Both the position numbers and the translations under genes were made by a program. A DNA stretch of 64,000 bases, from assembly GCA_965238005.1 (NCBI GenBank), contig OZ250165.1:1248001-1312000 (forward strand), written 5' to 3'. This stretch comes from Longimicrobiales bacterium (GTDB lineage: Bacteria > Gemmatimonadota > Gemmatimonadetes > Longimicrobiales > Gaopeijiaceae). Positions 9,552 through 19,595 of this stretch are shown here, one piece after another. Numbering within the stretch: the stretch's first letter is position 1; the number at the start of each line of letters is the position of its first letter. The notes below the pieces were generated by a model that saw nothing but the letters and a program-made list of their open reading frames with translations, did no database searches and was not told the origin of the DNA.

Positions 9552-11616
9552 CTAGCTTCAGCTGATGGGCCGGCGGCGGCAGCCCTCTGGTTGGGAATAG
9601 TGTTTGCGCCCAGTCTACTGGAGGCTCAGCAAGCCAAACGACCCGATCCCCGAATCATGGTAGGGTCGAACGTCCAGATCAGCAGCTCTTTCGCGGATCG
9701 TCCCCACGCCGAGGCGATCGCCGCTGCTGATCCGGATAATGCTGGACGCATGGTCACCTGCGCCATGGAATACTACGAGGACCGGGATCTCCACGCCCAG
9801 CACTGCTATTCCTCCTTTGATGGAGCAAAGAGCTGGGAGCCGACGCTGATCTTAAATGACGCCCGGGTCGCCGGTGATCCCACCGCGTATTACAGCTATG
9901 GAGATACCGCGTACATCGTCTCCCTTATCACGCCATATGACGAAGTCTGGAACTACAAATACAAGACCCACGTCTTCCGCTCTCTAGACGGTGGGCGCAG
10001 CTGGAACGAGACCGCCGAGTACCGCAACGTGGACCGGGAATACATCATCGGGGACCGGACCGGTGGAGAGTACGACGGCCGGATCTATATCAACGGTCAG
10101 GGAAGTGTTCGGGGGATGAGGGATGAGCGTCCCCCGGGGATCTATCTTTTTCACTCCGAAGATGGCGGCCAGACGATCAAGGGACCTGCCGTTCGCATGA
10201 ACATGAAGGGAGGCGGGCTGGCGGGAGTGACGAATATGGTCGTCCTCTCCGATGGTACGGTAGGGATGCTCTTTGGGCATACCAAGCAGGGACGCACTCA
10301 AGACCTCACGGTGAACGATGGCGACAACAGCGCCAACGCCACCATCGAGTTCCTCTACTCCGAGGATGGGGGAGAGACGCTGGAGCCATCGGTAGTCGTA
10401 GGCCAATTCTACAAGGACCGGCCTCGCTCCCAAGGGGCCCTCATCAGCCAGCTCGCCGTGGACGCTACCGACGGCCCCTTCAAGGATCGACTTTACGCCG
10501 TCTGGCCCGATGCCCGTGAAGACCGGGTCCAGGTTCTCTTCTCCTATTCAGCCGACAAGGGAAAGCGCTGGTCCCAGCCCCTTACCGTCAACGATGACCG
10601 CTCCTTCGACGACATGGAGAAGAAACGGGACCATATCCTTCCGGCGGTGGCGGTGAACAAGGACGGAGTCGTGGCCGTGACCTGGTACGACCGGCGGGAA
10701 AGCACGGACAATCTGGGCTGGAGGGTTCGGGTCGCCGCATCGTTGGATGGAGGAGAGACCTTTACAGCCAGCGTGCCGGTGTCTAGCCAACCGAACGCCT
10801 ATACCAGCAAGATTCGCTGGCCCCTTGGAACCTCAGCCCGGACCGACAGCACCAACGCCATGGTTACGATGGGACTCGGCCTCGATCTCTTCTTCGGGAG
10901 CGGAGGACACACCACGGGGCTGGTGGCCGACGCCAATGGAGTCTTTCACCCGGTTTGGGTGGATAACCGTACCGGGGTCAGTCAGATGTGGACCGCACCG
11001 GTGACGATTCAGGGCAAAGCGGTGGAGAATGGCTCAGCGGAGCTGGCGGAGCTGGAGAATATCTCCAGGAAGGTAGGGGTCGATCTGAGATACACCTCCT
11101 TCGATCGTGCCACCAACACCGCAACGGCCAAGATCCGGATCAAGAATGTCTCTGACGAGACCATCACCGGGCCTCTCAAGATGAGGGTTGTTGGCCTCAG
11201 CTCCGGGATGGGAACCCCGGAGATCCTGGGTGCGGAGAACGGCATCTCCGGAATCGGCGCCGTCTGGGACCTCACCTCCATCCTCCCCAATGAAGGGCTC
11301 CCCCCCGACGCCTACTCGGAGGAGCAGGAGCTGACGTTCCGCCTCTCCAACCTTCAGCCTCTGAAGGGCGGGAGAGAGTACAAGGGTTGGATGGTGAGTA
11401 TGCAGACCCGGGTGCTCGGGAAGACCAAGTGATCCGAGTGATCCGATCAGATTCGTCGATGAGCTAGGATACGTATCTTTATATCGTGAGTATACGTATG
11501 AGGTTGCATGCCCAAGAAGGAAGGAAGACCGCTTGCGCGGCCGAACGGAAGGATGAAGGATGAGGGTGCGGCCGCGCCCTCGGTGGCTACCAGACTTCTG
11601 AAACACCACACCAGCC

Positions 11617-13788
11617 GTGAGGTCCGACATGCTGTCGTCCCCCCGAATCCGTGACGCGCTCCTCGTCGTCCTGCTCGTGGTCCTGGGATCTCCGTTTCCC
11701 ACGCTCGGCCAGTCGTTCAGCATCGACGACATCCTCAGCCCGGGCTATCCCATGAGCCTCGTGTCGGCCAAGGACTCCGACCGCATCGCGTGGATCGAGT
11801 TCGAGCGCGGCATGCGGAACCTGTATACTGCCGCCGCGCCGGCCTTTCGACCGCTCCGCCTCACCGACTACATGGACGACGACGGCCATGACATGTCCGA
11901 GGCGCAGATCTCCGACGACGGCTCCATCGTGGTCTTCCTTCGTGGTCACACCCCCAACCGCGACGGGTGGATCGCAAACGTGACGAGCGATCCGCGAGGC
12001 ACAGAGCGAGCCATCTGGGCCGCGAACACCAGAGGTGGGCGGCCCTGGCGAGTGGCGGAAGCGTGGAACGTGGCGCTCTCACCCGACGGGAAGTGGGTGG
12101 CCTACAGCAAGGACGGAGCGATTCACCGCGCCGCTGTGAACCCCGGCACCCACAACGCCGAGGCGGTGGACAACTCGCCGCCGCTGTTCAGCACCTTCGG
12201 CGACAACCGGAGCCCCGTGTGGTCACCAGATTCCAAGAGGATCGCCTTCGTCAGCGATCGTGGGGACCACAGCTTCATCGGCGTCTACGACACCGAGAAC
12301 CCGAGCATCCTCTACTTGGCTCCCGGTGTCGATCGGGACACGAGCCCGACGTGGTCGGCCGACGGCGCCCGCATCGCCTTCATCCGTAGGCCGGGCCTGC
12401 CCTTCGGCGATCGAGCGGATCCAGGGGAGGCGACTGAGGACGACCTCCCCGACGGGCTTCTGACGGCGCGCTTCGCTGGCGGCTACGACTGGTCCATCTG
12501 GGTTGCCGACGTGGTAGAGGGCGCGGGCTGGGAGCTCTGGCACAACGATCCCGGCGACGAGCTCCATCGGGAGGTGAGGGAGGTCGTCTGGGCCGGAGAC
12601 AACGTCATCTTCCAGGCCGAGCCCGACGGCTGGCGGCACTACTACACCGTCTCCGTCTCGCATCCGGAGGATGGGGCCGTGCTCCTCACGCCCGGGGACG
12701 GCATCGCCGAGCACATCTCCCTCTCCAGGGAGGGGCGGACGCTCTACTACGCCACCAACGCCGAGGACATCGACCGGCGGCACCTCTGGAAGGTCCCGAC
12801 GTCCGGCGGACGGGCGGTACAGCTCAGCCGCGGTAGTGGCGTGGAGACCTATCCCGCCGCGCTGGCATCGGACGACGCCGTGGCGACGCTGGCCGGTGGG
12901 GCCGCCCGGCCGCTCTCGGTTGCCGTCGTCCCGAGGGAAGGGGGGGAGCCCCGCTTCATCACGTCCCTTTCGGAGGAGTTCCCGCTGGACCGGCACGTGA
13001 CCCCCGAGGCCGTCACCCTCACCGCCGAGGACGACTTCGAGTTCTACAACCAGATCTTCCTGCCCCCGGACCTCGGGCCGGGCGAGAAGCGGCCGGCCCT
13101 GCTGTTCATCCACGGGGGCTCTCGCCGGCAGATGCTCCTGGGCTACCACTACATGCACTTCTACCACATGGCGTACGCGATGAATCAGTACTTCGCGAAC
13201 AAGGGCTACATCGTCATGTCGGTGAATTACCGGAGCGGCATCGGCTACGGGCGGGAGTTCCGGAACGCTCCTGGGCGGGGTGGTGAGGGGAACACCGAGT
13301 ACCAGGACATCATCGCCGTGGGGCGGTACCTGCAGGGCCGGCCGGACGTGGACACGGATCGCATCGGCGTGTGGGGGCTGTCGTACGGGGGGATTCTCAC
13401 CGCCCAGGCGCTGGCGCGAAACTCCGATGTCTTCGCGGCCGGTGTGGACATGGCCGGTGTGCACTTGCGGGGCAGCTACATCGATCCGGAGGTCCTGTCG
13501 TACCGGTCTTCGGCGATCTCGGCGGTGGAAGGGTGGACCTCCCCCGTGCTGCTCGTGCACGGCGACGACGACCGGAACGTTCCCTTCTCCCAGACGGTGG
13601 GGCTGGTGCAGGCACTCCGGGCGGTCGGCGCGCCGTACGAGCTCATCGTGTTCCCGGACGACGTGCATGACTCCCTGCTCTATGAGCGATGGCTCATCGC
13701 CTTCGGTGCCACGGACGAGTTCTTCGATCGTGCGATGATCCGTGGGGAGCCGATTCGGGTGGACGGGAGCAGAGCGCCGGGGCGCTGA
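11617..13788 (+). CDS. S9 (prolyl oligopeptidase/DPP) family peptidase with TolB-like propeller repeats
   Basis: GLSYGG nucleophile elbow, HGDDDRNV Asp, DDVHD His; WSPD/PD40-like repeats; signal peptide. Confidence 0.92.
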   Translation: MRSDMLSSPRIRDALLVVLLVVLGSPFPTLGQSFSIDDILSPGYPMSLVSAKDSDRIAWIEFERGMRNLYTAAAPAFRPLRLTDYMDDDGHDMSEAQISDDGSIVVFLRGHTPNRDGWIANVTSDPRGTERAIWAANTRGGRPWRVAEAWNVALSPDGKWVAYSKDGAIHRAAVNPGTHNAEAVDNSPPLFSTFGDNRSPVWSPDSKRIAFVSDRGDHSFIGVYDTENPSILYLAPGVDRDTSPTWSADGARIAFIRRPGLPFGDRADPGEATEDDLPDGLLTARFAGGYDWSIWVADVVEGAGWELWHNDPGDELHREVREVVWAGDNVIFQAEPDGWRHYYTVSVSHPEDGAVLLTPGDGIAEHISLSREGRTLYYATNAEDIDRRHLWKVPTSGGRAVQLSRGSGVETYPAALASDDAVATLAGGAARPLSVAVVPREGGEPRFITSLSEEFPLDRHVTPEAVTLTAEDDFEFYNQIFLPPDLGPGEKRPALLFIHGGSRRQMLLGYHYMHFYHMAYAMNQYFANKGYIVMSVNYRSGIGYGREFRNAPGRGGEGNTEYQDIIAVGRYLQGRPDVDTDRIGVWGLSYGGILTAQALARNSDVFAAGVDMAGVHLRGSYIDPEVLSYRSSAISAVEGWTSPVLLVHGDDDRNVPFSQTVGLVQALRAVGAPYELIVFPDDVHDSLLYERWLIAFGATDEFFDRAMIRGEPIRVDGSRAPGR

Positions 13789-13907
13789 GGGGAGGGAGAG
13801 GCGGGCACCTTGCTGCCGCTCACGGGGCACCCCATCCTGACTTCCGGTTCGGGTCTTGACGATCGGTCCCACGCTCGGTTCAACGGATCATCCCTTGGAG
13901 GCTCTCC

Positions 13908-15536
13908 ATGCGTCGCTCACTCACGCTCTCCCTCGCGATCGGACTGGTATTCGCGACGGGGCTCTCGGCTCAGAACATCGATCCACGGCTGGAGTCCTTG
14001 AAGGAAGAGGCCCTCGGGAAGGTCCAGGACCGAGCCAAGATGGTTCAGGAGATCATCGACCAACTGTATTCCTTCGGCGAGTTGGGAATGCAGGAGTTCG
14101 AGACCCAGCGCTACCTGACGGGCCTGCTCGAGGAGAACGGCTTCGAGATCGAGCTGGGCGTTGCCGGCATGCCCAGCGCCTGGACGGCGAGGTGGGGCTC
14201 GGGCAGCCCAGTGATCGCCCTCGGGTCCGACATCGATGGAATCCCGCAGTCGAACCAGAAGCCCGGAGTGGGCTACCGCGAGGCCATCGTCTCCATGGCG
14301 CCCGGACACGGAGAGGGGCACAACTCCGGCCAGGCCGTGAACATCGTCGCGGCGCTGGCCGTGAAGGAGATCATGGAGCGGGAGAACATCTCGGGAACTC
14401 TCCTGATCTGGCCGGGCGTCGCCGAGGAGCAGCTGGCGTCCAAGGCCTTCTTCGTGCGGGAGGGCGTGTTCGAGGGCGTAGACGTAAACCTCTTCACGCA
14501 CGTCAGCTCGGGCTTCGGCATGAGCTGGGGCCACACCAGGGGCAACGCCCTGATCTCCGCGCAGTTCCGCTTCAAGGGTGAGACCGCTCACTCGGCCGGC
14601 TCGCCCTGGCGGGGCCGCTCGGCGCTAGACGCGGTCATGCTGATGGCGCAGGCGTGGGAGTTCAAGCGCGAACATCTGCGGCCTGCTGCCCGGTCGCACT
14701 ACATCATCGTGGAGGGTGGAGATCAGCCCAACGTGGTGCCCCAGAGGGCCACTATATGGTTCTACTTCCGGGAGAAGGATTACAAGCTGACCAAGGAGCA
14801 GTACGACGCGGCCATCAGGATGGCCGAGGGCGCGGCGCTCATGACCGACACCGAGATCGACACGATACAGATCGTGGGATCGGCCTGGACCCGCCACTTC
14901 AGCAAACCGGTGGCCGAAACCACCTACGCCAACATCCAGCGCGTCGGGCTGCCCGAATGGGACGAGGCCGACATCGAGCTGGCGCACGCCCTACAGCGGG
15001 AGCTTGGCCAGGAGGAGGAGGGACTGCCCGACTCGATCCCCGAGCTCACGGGTCCGATCGACCTCTCTACATATCTGGGAGGTGGCTCGGACGACATCGG
15101 CGACGTCTCGTGGAACATGCCGACGGTCACGCTCCGCTACCCCGCCAACATCCCCGGCGGGCCGGGGCACAACTGGGCGAACGGCATCGCCATGGCCACG
15201 CCGATCGCCCACAAGGGTACGCTGGCCGGGGCCAAGGTGCAGGCCCTGACGCTGCTCGACCTGATGCTGAACCCGCAGATCGTGACCGACGCGTGGACCT
15301 ACTTCAACGACGTCCAGAGCAAGGAACAGGAGTACATCCCCTTCATCGCTCCCACGGACAAGCCGGCCATCTTCCTCAATGAGGAGATCATGGCGAAGTG
15401 GCGGCCCCTGATGCGCCCGTTCTACTACGACGCGTCCCGATTCGACACGTACCTGGAGCAGTTGGGCATCGAATACCCAACCGTGAAGGCGACGCCGATC
15501 AGCGAGGAGCAGGAGCCGCAGGGGGGCTCGAACTGA
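13908..15536 (+). CDS. M20 family amidohydrolase (AbgB-like), secreted
   Basis: GHGEGHN, AEEQL, AHSAGSPWRGRSALDA and GGSDDIGDVSW motifs. Confidence 0.9.
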   Translation: MRRSLTLSLAIGLVFATGLSAQNIDPRLESLKEEALGKVQDRAKMVQEIIDQLYSFGELGMQEFETQRYLTGLLEENGFEIELGVAGMPSAWTARWGSGSPVIALGSDIDGIPQSNQKPGVGYREAIVSMAPGHGEGHNSGQAVNIVAALAVKEIMERENISGTLLIWPGVAEEQLASKAFFVREGVFEGVDVNLFTHVSSGFGMSWGHTRGNALISAQFRFKGETAHSAGSPWRGRSALDAVMLMAQAWEFKREHLRPAARSHYIIVEGGDQPNVVPQRATIWFYFREKDYKLTKEQYDAAIRMAEGAALMTDTEIDTIQIVGSAWTRHFSKPVAETTYANIQRVGLPEWDEADIELAHALQRELGQEEEGLPDSIPELTGPIDLSTYLGGGSDDIGDVSWNMPTVTLRYPANIPGGPGHNWANGIAMATPIAHKGTLAGAKVQALTLLDLMLNPQIVTDAWTYFNDVQSKEQEYIPFIAPTDKPAIFLNEEIMAKWRPLMRPFYYDASRFDTYLEQLGIEYPTVKATPISEEQEPQGGSN

Positions 15537-15677
15537 CGCCTCCGCAGCGAGGGCTCAACCGAACTCGGACGCCCGGAATGACCTCATGACCCAGGACCGT
15601 GTGCCGTCCTCCTCGAAAGACGGAGGGTCCGTGATATGTGAATTAACCCCCATGGTCTCGATGACCGATCTTTGACC

Positions 15678-15845
15678 TACCGTCGGAAATTTACAACCGA
15701 ACGGAAACACCTCCCAGACGTGGATGTGGCCACAGCCGGCGGATGGACGTCTACCGTGAGCCTGAAAACGTCCTACCAGCAGGCCGACAGCGAGACTACC
15801 TTACGGGTCGTTCTTGGGGTGGGCGAACTTCGGGAGGCCCAGTGA
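15678..15845 (+). pseudogene. C-terminal remnant of a tyrosine recombinase/integrase
   Basis: Manual translation YRRKFTTERKHLPDVDVATAGGWTSTVSLKTSYQQADSETTLRVVLGVGELREAQ* has box II spacing (R...GGW...Y); no 5' part present. Confidence 0.7.
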
Positions 15846-15942
15846 AACCCCCGAACATGCACAGAAACGTAGACACTCGTTCGTCGGCGGGGATTAGCGG
15901 AAACAGAAATCTCGCTTACCTACGCGAATAAGGCAGGACAGA

Positions 15943-15985
15943 GGGGCCATAGCTCAGTTGGGAGAGCGCTGGCTTTGCAAAGCAG
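15943..15985 (+). tRNA. 5' half of tRNA-Ala(TGC), degenerate; probable att-site remnant
   Basis: GGGGCCATAGCTCAGTTGGGAGAGCGC followed by TTTGCAA (anticodon 15976-15978); anticodon stem mismatched, no proper T-arm, 3' acceptor strand or CCA. Confidence 0.75.
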
Positions 15986-16255
15986 AGCCCGCTTCGACGG
16001 ATTTGGTATAAAATAAAGCACGGCAACGATTTACTGACACATCCTACAAAGCCCTTGGTACAGATTTAACGGGCCTTACGCTCCCAAACCATCCCAAACT
16101 TGAACCCAAGGTGAGCCGGTGTCATCATTCAGGTTGGGAGATGAGCGACGCAACTCAATCCTGCGCGGTTCAGCGGGGACATAAGTGGCTTGCCGAGCGG
16201 TCCGGAGAGACCAAGATTCGTGCCTGAGCCTTGTGTACATCTCACATTGTAAAGT

Positions 16256-16513
16256 ATGGAACTCCGGAACCGGATTCTCGTCTACGCGGCCGCAGGGGCA
16301 TTGACCGGACTCGTGATTTCGCTTTGGGCATCAATGATGTATGGGGTTGTTCACGTGGTCCACGAGAGTTCGGTTACATTGGATCCCTCTGGCCCGCGCC
16401 TACCTTCCGTCTTCCGTGTCACGGGAGCGTACGTCATTGGCGGAGCACTCGCGGGCGCGGTGTGGGGTGGGCTCCTACCCCTGACCAAAAGCCCACTTCT
16501 TTGTTGGTCGTGA
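16256..16513 (+). CDS. Small membrane protein, possibly truncated
   Basis: 85 aa with two hydrophobic segments; no recognised family. Confidence 0.35.
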   Translation: MELRNRILVYAAAGALTGLVISLWASMMYGVVHVVHESSVTLDPSGPRLPSVFRVTGAYVIGGALAGAVWGGLLPLTKSPLLCWS

Positions 16514-16541
16514 TCGGTCCTCAGAGCTTCGGGCTTGTTTG

Positions 16542-16595
16542 GTTTCCTAAACGGGCATAGTTTCTGTCGACGGAAACAGTGCTTGTTTAGGAAAC
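16542..16595. promoter_or_regulatory. 23-bp inverted repeat; probable autoregulatory operator of the AbiE-like operon
   Basis: GTTTCCTAAACGGGCATAGTTTC - 8 nt - GAAACAGTGCTTGTTTAGGAAAC (19/23 match), ending 3 nt before ATG 16599. Confidence 0.75.
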
Positions 16596-16598
16596 ATC

Positions 16599-17648
16599 AT
16601 GAAACTCCCGGAAGCCCTCAAGCGAGTCCCGGAACTGCTGCGGGAACTCACCTACGTAGATGTTGCTCTCGTACCAGATGCGGTAGTTCAGGGTCACACT
16701 CGGCATGGTCCCGACCTCGTGCTGAGTGTTGCGGACGGTGTTTTCTGGGTTGAGTACAAGCCACGAAGCGTAGCGGAGTCGATCGGCGGGGCTCTCGCTC
16801 AAGTGGATTCGTGGCTAGCGCTAGACGGCGTATCAAGCTGGACTCCACTAGTAGTCGTTCCACACATGGGTGACGTCGGACGCAGGCTGTGTGAGCAAGC
16901 AGGTGTGAACTGGTTGGACCTGTCAGGGAATGCGCATGTCCGGGCACCGGGCCTGAACGTAAACGTCTCCGGACAGCCGAACCTCTACCCGGCCACTGGG
17001 CGTCCTCAGAACCTCTTTGCGCCCAAGGCCGCGCGGGTGGCGAGGGCCCTGCTGATGCACCCAAACCGCCGGTGGTCACATCAATCACTCGTTTCTGAAA
17101 CTGCCCTCTCGAAAGGCTATGTCAGCAAGTTACTCAGCCGTATGGAGACGGCAGCATTCGTCGAGAAGGGTGAGGGTCTCAACTACGTGCTCCGAGATTC
17201 GGAGTCGCTCCTCACAGCGTGGACGGAATCGTATGACTTCACGCGGCAGAGAGTGGTCAGAGGCTTCGTAGCCGAACGCACCCCTGAGGCGATCCTCAGG
17301 CGACTGGTTGAGCGACTGAATGGGATCGCAGTGAGAGTTGCTATCACCGGTCTGGCTGCAGCATGGCACTACGATCGTCATGCTGGATACCGACTCTGTT
17401 CCCTATACGCTTCGCCCATGCCCGTGTCCGAAAGACTGGCCGAGTTCGGCTTCCGGCAGGTGGAAAGTGGTGCGAACACGTGGCTGGTCGAACCTTCCGA
17501 TGACAGCGTGTTCACCGGTGCTGTCGCAGGAGATGGCCTGCCCTATGTAAGCCCACTCCAGGCGTACCTCGACCTGAAGGGTCACCCCGAACGAGCGGCA
17601 GAAGCGGCCGATGTTCTCCGCCCGCGGGTGCTGGGGGTGGCCGGATGA
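16599..17648 (+). CDS. Type IV toxin-antitoxin AbiEi-like antitoxin/regulator
   Basis: GVNWLDLSGNAHV, wHTH-like LSKGYVSKLL, TGLAAAW and VSPLQAYLDL...ERAAEAA motifs; overlaps the downstream NTase start (ATGA). Confidence 0.75.
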   Translation: MKLPEALKRVPELLRELTYVDVALVPDAVVQGHTRHGPDLVLSVADGVFWVEYKPRSVAESIGGALAQVDSWLALDGVSSWTPLVVVPHMGDVGRRLCEQAGVNWLDLSGNAHVRAPGLNVNVSGQPNLYPATGRPQNLFAPKAARVARALLMHPNRRWSHQSLVSETALSKGYVSKLLSRMETAAFVEKGEGLNYVLRDSESLLTAWTESYDFTRQRVVRGFVAERTPEAILRRLVERLNGIAVRVAITGLAAAWHYDRHAGYRLCSLYASPMPVSERLAEFGFRQVESGANTWLVEPSDDSVFTGAVAGDGLPYVSPLQAYLDLKGHPERAAEAADVLRPRVLGVAG

Positions 17649-17966
17649 AGGACAAGCCTCAGGTAGCTTCAGGGTATTCGCCTGAATGGGTAGCGGATGC
17701 GCGGGCCGCCCTCCTGTACGCCGCCACTGTCTTGGGCGATCTACTCGATGAAGACCTCGTCGTTGTAGGCGGACTGATTCCAAGTATCCTCATTGCCCAG
17801 GATCCACCGCCGGAGGGCGTGCCACTCCACCCGGGCACGATGGACCTGGACTTGGGACTGAGCCTTGGGCTTCTTGACGATGCCCGGTACTCCGAGATAG
17901 CTAAGCGGCTCCGGCAGGCGGGGTTCGAGGTACACAAGAATGATGTTGGTAACGCGGTGCTCCCTT
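17645..17966 (+). pseudogene. AbiEii-like nucleotidyltransferase toxin, truncated by IS3
   Basis: VVVGGLIP...HPGTMDLDLGL (GG...TxDxD) polbeta-type NTase motif; cut after about 107 codons. Confidence 0.75.
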
Positions 17967-18090
17967 TGGAGCTGTCCCGTTTCAGTGGACGGGTGAACAC
18001 TGAGGTTTATAGTCTGTCCCCCTCGCTGGGGAGAGGAAAGCTTCCCCCGCGCAGCGGGGGAGTAAAGGGCAACTTGGCCACGCAGGTTTC

Positions 18091-18942
18091 TCATGCTGCC
18101 GCTCCGTGGCGACGCTCGAAGTTGATGGGCGACAGCTGACCCAGTGCCGAGTGTCGCCTCCGGGGGTTGTAGAAGCCCTCGATGAAGTCGAACACGGCCA
18201 TCTTCGCCTCGGCCTGGGTCCGGAAGCGCTGCCGGTCGAGTAGCTCGCACTCGAGCGTCGCGAAGAAGCTCTCGCACATCGCGTTGTCGTAGGCGTCGCC
18301 CACGGAGCCCATCGAGGGCCGCACACCGACATCGTTGCAGCGTAGGCCGAAGGCGATCGAGGTGTACTGGGTTCCCTGATCACTGTGATGGATGACGCAT
18401 TCGGGCCGGCGCTGCCAGGTCGCCATGTTCAGCGCGTCCAGGACGAGCTCGGTGCGCAGGTGCGTAGCCATCGACCACCCGACCACCCGCCTGCTCCAGA
18501 CGTCGAGCACAACCGCGAGGTACAAGAACCCCGCCCAGGTCGGGATGTAGGTGATGTCGGCCACCCACAACTGGTCTGGCCCGTCTGCGCTGAAGTCCCG
18601 CTCGATGAGATCCGGCGCGGGACGGGCGTCCTCGTTGCGCCTGGTCGTCTTCGGGCCGCGCCGCCTCCGGCTAGCTCCCACAATCTCGGCCTGCTTCATG
18701 AGCCGGCCCACCCGCTTCTCACCGACCCGCTCGCCAGCTTCCTTGAGGTCCGCGTAGATGCGGGGCCGGCCATAGACCCTTCGGTTCTCGCGCCAGACCG
18801 TCTCGATCCGCTCTGTGAGCTCCTCATCTCGCTTCGCCCGAGCCGAAGGCTCGCGATCCAACCAGGCGTAGTAGCCGCTGGGGGAGAGATCCAGCACACG
18901 GCACATCGCCCGCACAGGGAAGTCGGCCTGATTCGTCTTCAT
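18091..18942 (-). CDS. IS3 transposase OrfB
   Basis: Translation identical to 6565-7416. Confidence 0.95.
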   Translation of the reverse strand: MKTNQADFPVRAMCRVLDLSPSGYYAWLDREPSARAKRDEELTERIETVWRENRRVYGRPRIYADLKEAGERVGEKRVGRLMKQAEIVGASRRRRGPKTTRRNEDARPAPDLIERDFSADGPDQLWVADITYIPTWAGFLYLAVVLDVWSRRVVGWSMATHLRTELVLDALNMATWQRRPECVIHHSDQGTQYTSIAFGLRCNDVGVRPSMGSVGDAYDNAMCESFFATLECELLDRQRFRTQAEAKMAVFDFIEGFYNPRRRHSALGQLSPINFERRHGAAA

Positions 18943-19253
18943 GAACTCGAACCCCGTTCCGGGATCGAGTTGCTCTCCCGAGCAAACCAGGCGGCGGCTT
19001 TTTTTAGAATCTCCTGCTCCATGCGCAGACGCTTGTTGTCACGCCGAAGCTGCCTGAGTTCCCCACGCTCCTCCGTCGTCAGCCCGTCACTGCGACGGCC
19101 TTCATCCAAGTCAGCTTGTTTGACCCAGTTCCGTATCGCCCCGTTTGAGGGCTCGAACTCCCGGGCCAGCTCCTCCACGGAGCGGCCCGACCTGACCAAC
19201 TCGACCATCTGCCGCCGAAACTCCGGCGGGTACGGCGCATGTGTTCTTGGCAT
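18939..19253 (-). CDS. IS3 transposase OrfA
   Basis: Translation identical to 6254-6568. Confidence 0.95.
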   Translation of the reverse strand: MPRTHAPYPPEFRRQMVELVRSGRSVEELAREFEPSNGAIRNWVKQADLDEGRRSDGLTTEERGELRQLRRDNKRLRMEQEILKKAAAWFARESNSIPERGSSS

Positions 19254-19311
19254 CGTGGACTCCTCCTGTCTCCCTCACTACTGAGGTGTCCACCAAAGCG
19301 GGTCAACTCCA

Positions 19312-19525
19312 GGCCTTTCAGCCGTTCAAGGTGGATTTCCTGCTCCAGGACGTGCACATCAAGGTCGGCGACTGTGTTGCTGATGGGCAGGTAGTACATG
19401 GCGATGGCGTCAACCTCATCCTGAACTCTTCCCACCAGTCGAGTAGAAAACACTGCCACCACCACCATTAAAACCAACACGCCCAAAACGATGCCAAAGA
19501 TTTTTAACCCGACGGGAAATCTCAT
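19312..19525 (-). pseudogene. N-terminus of a membrane sensor (TM helix plus helical extracytoplasmic segment), truncated by IS3
   Basis: MRFPVGLKIFGIVLGVLVLMVVVAVFS...; AGGAGG SD upstream; runs into the IS end. Confidence 0.6.
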
Positions 19526-19595
19526 ATCGATGACCTCCTGAGCTGTGACCCTAGCCGAGCCTTAAGAAAGCGTCAAGTTAGGCCTGGTCCGATGT

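Larger units (their letters stand above)
7916..11432 (+). pseudogene. Secreted BNR/Asp-box (sialidase-like) protein interrupted by IS1182 in its N-terminal leader
   Basis: GGAGGA SD at 7905-7910, ATG 7916; removing the IS gives in-frame MKQDKKRMRILASADGPAAAALWLGIVFAPSLLEAQQ...; Asp-boxes SFDGAKSW, SLDGGRSW, SEDGGQT, SADKGKRW, SLDGGETF. Confidence 0.85.
17967..19311 (-). mobile_element. IS3-family insertion sequence, copy 2 (1345 bp), inverted relative to copy 1
   Basis: Same ends, length and translated ORFs as 6196-7540; flanks CTT / GGC, so no target duplication. Confidence 0.97.

Noticed and set aside
15943..16020. Functional tRNA-Ala
   Set aside because: Anticodon stem is mismatched and there is no complementary 3' acceptor strand or CCA
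6196..19311. Composite transposon bounded by the two inverted IS3 copies
   Set aside because: Copy 1 has its own target duplication inside a reconstructable gene, so it inserted independently
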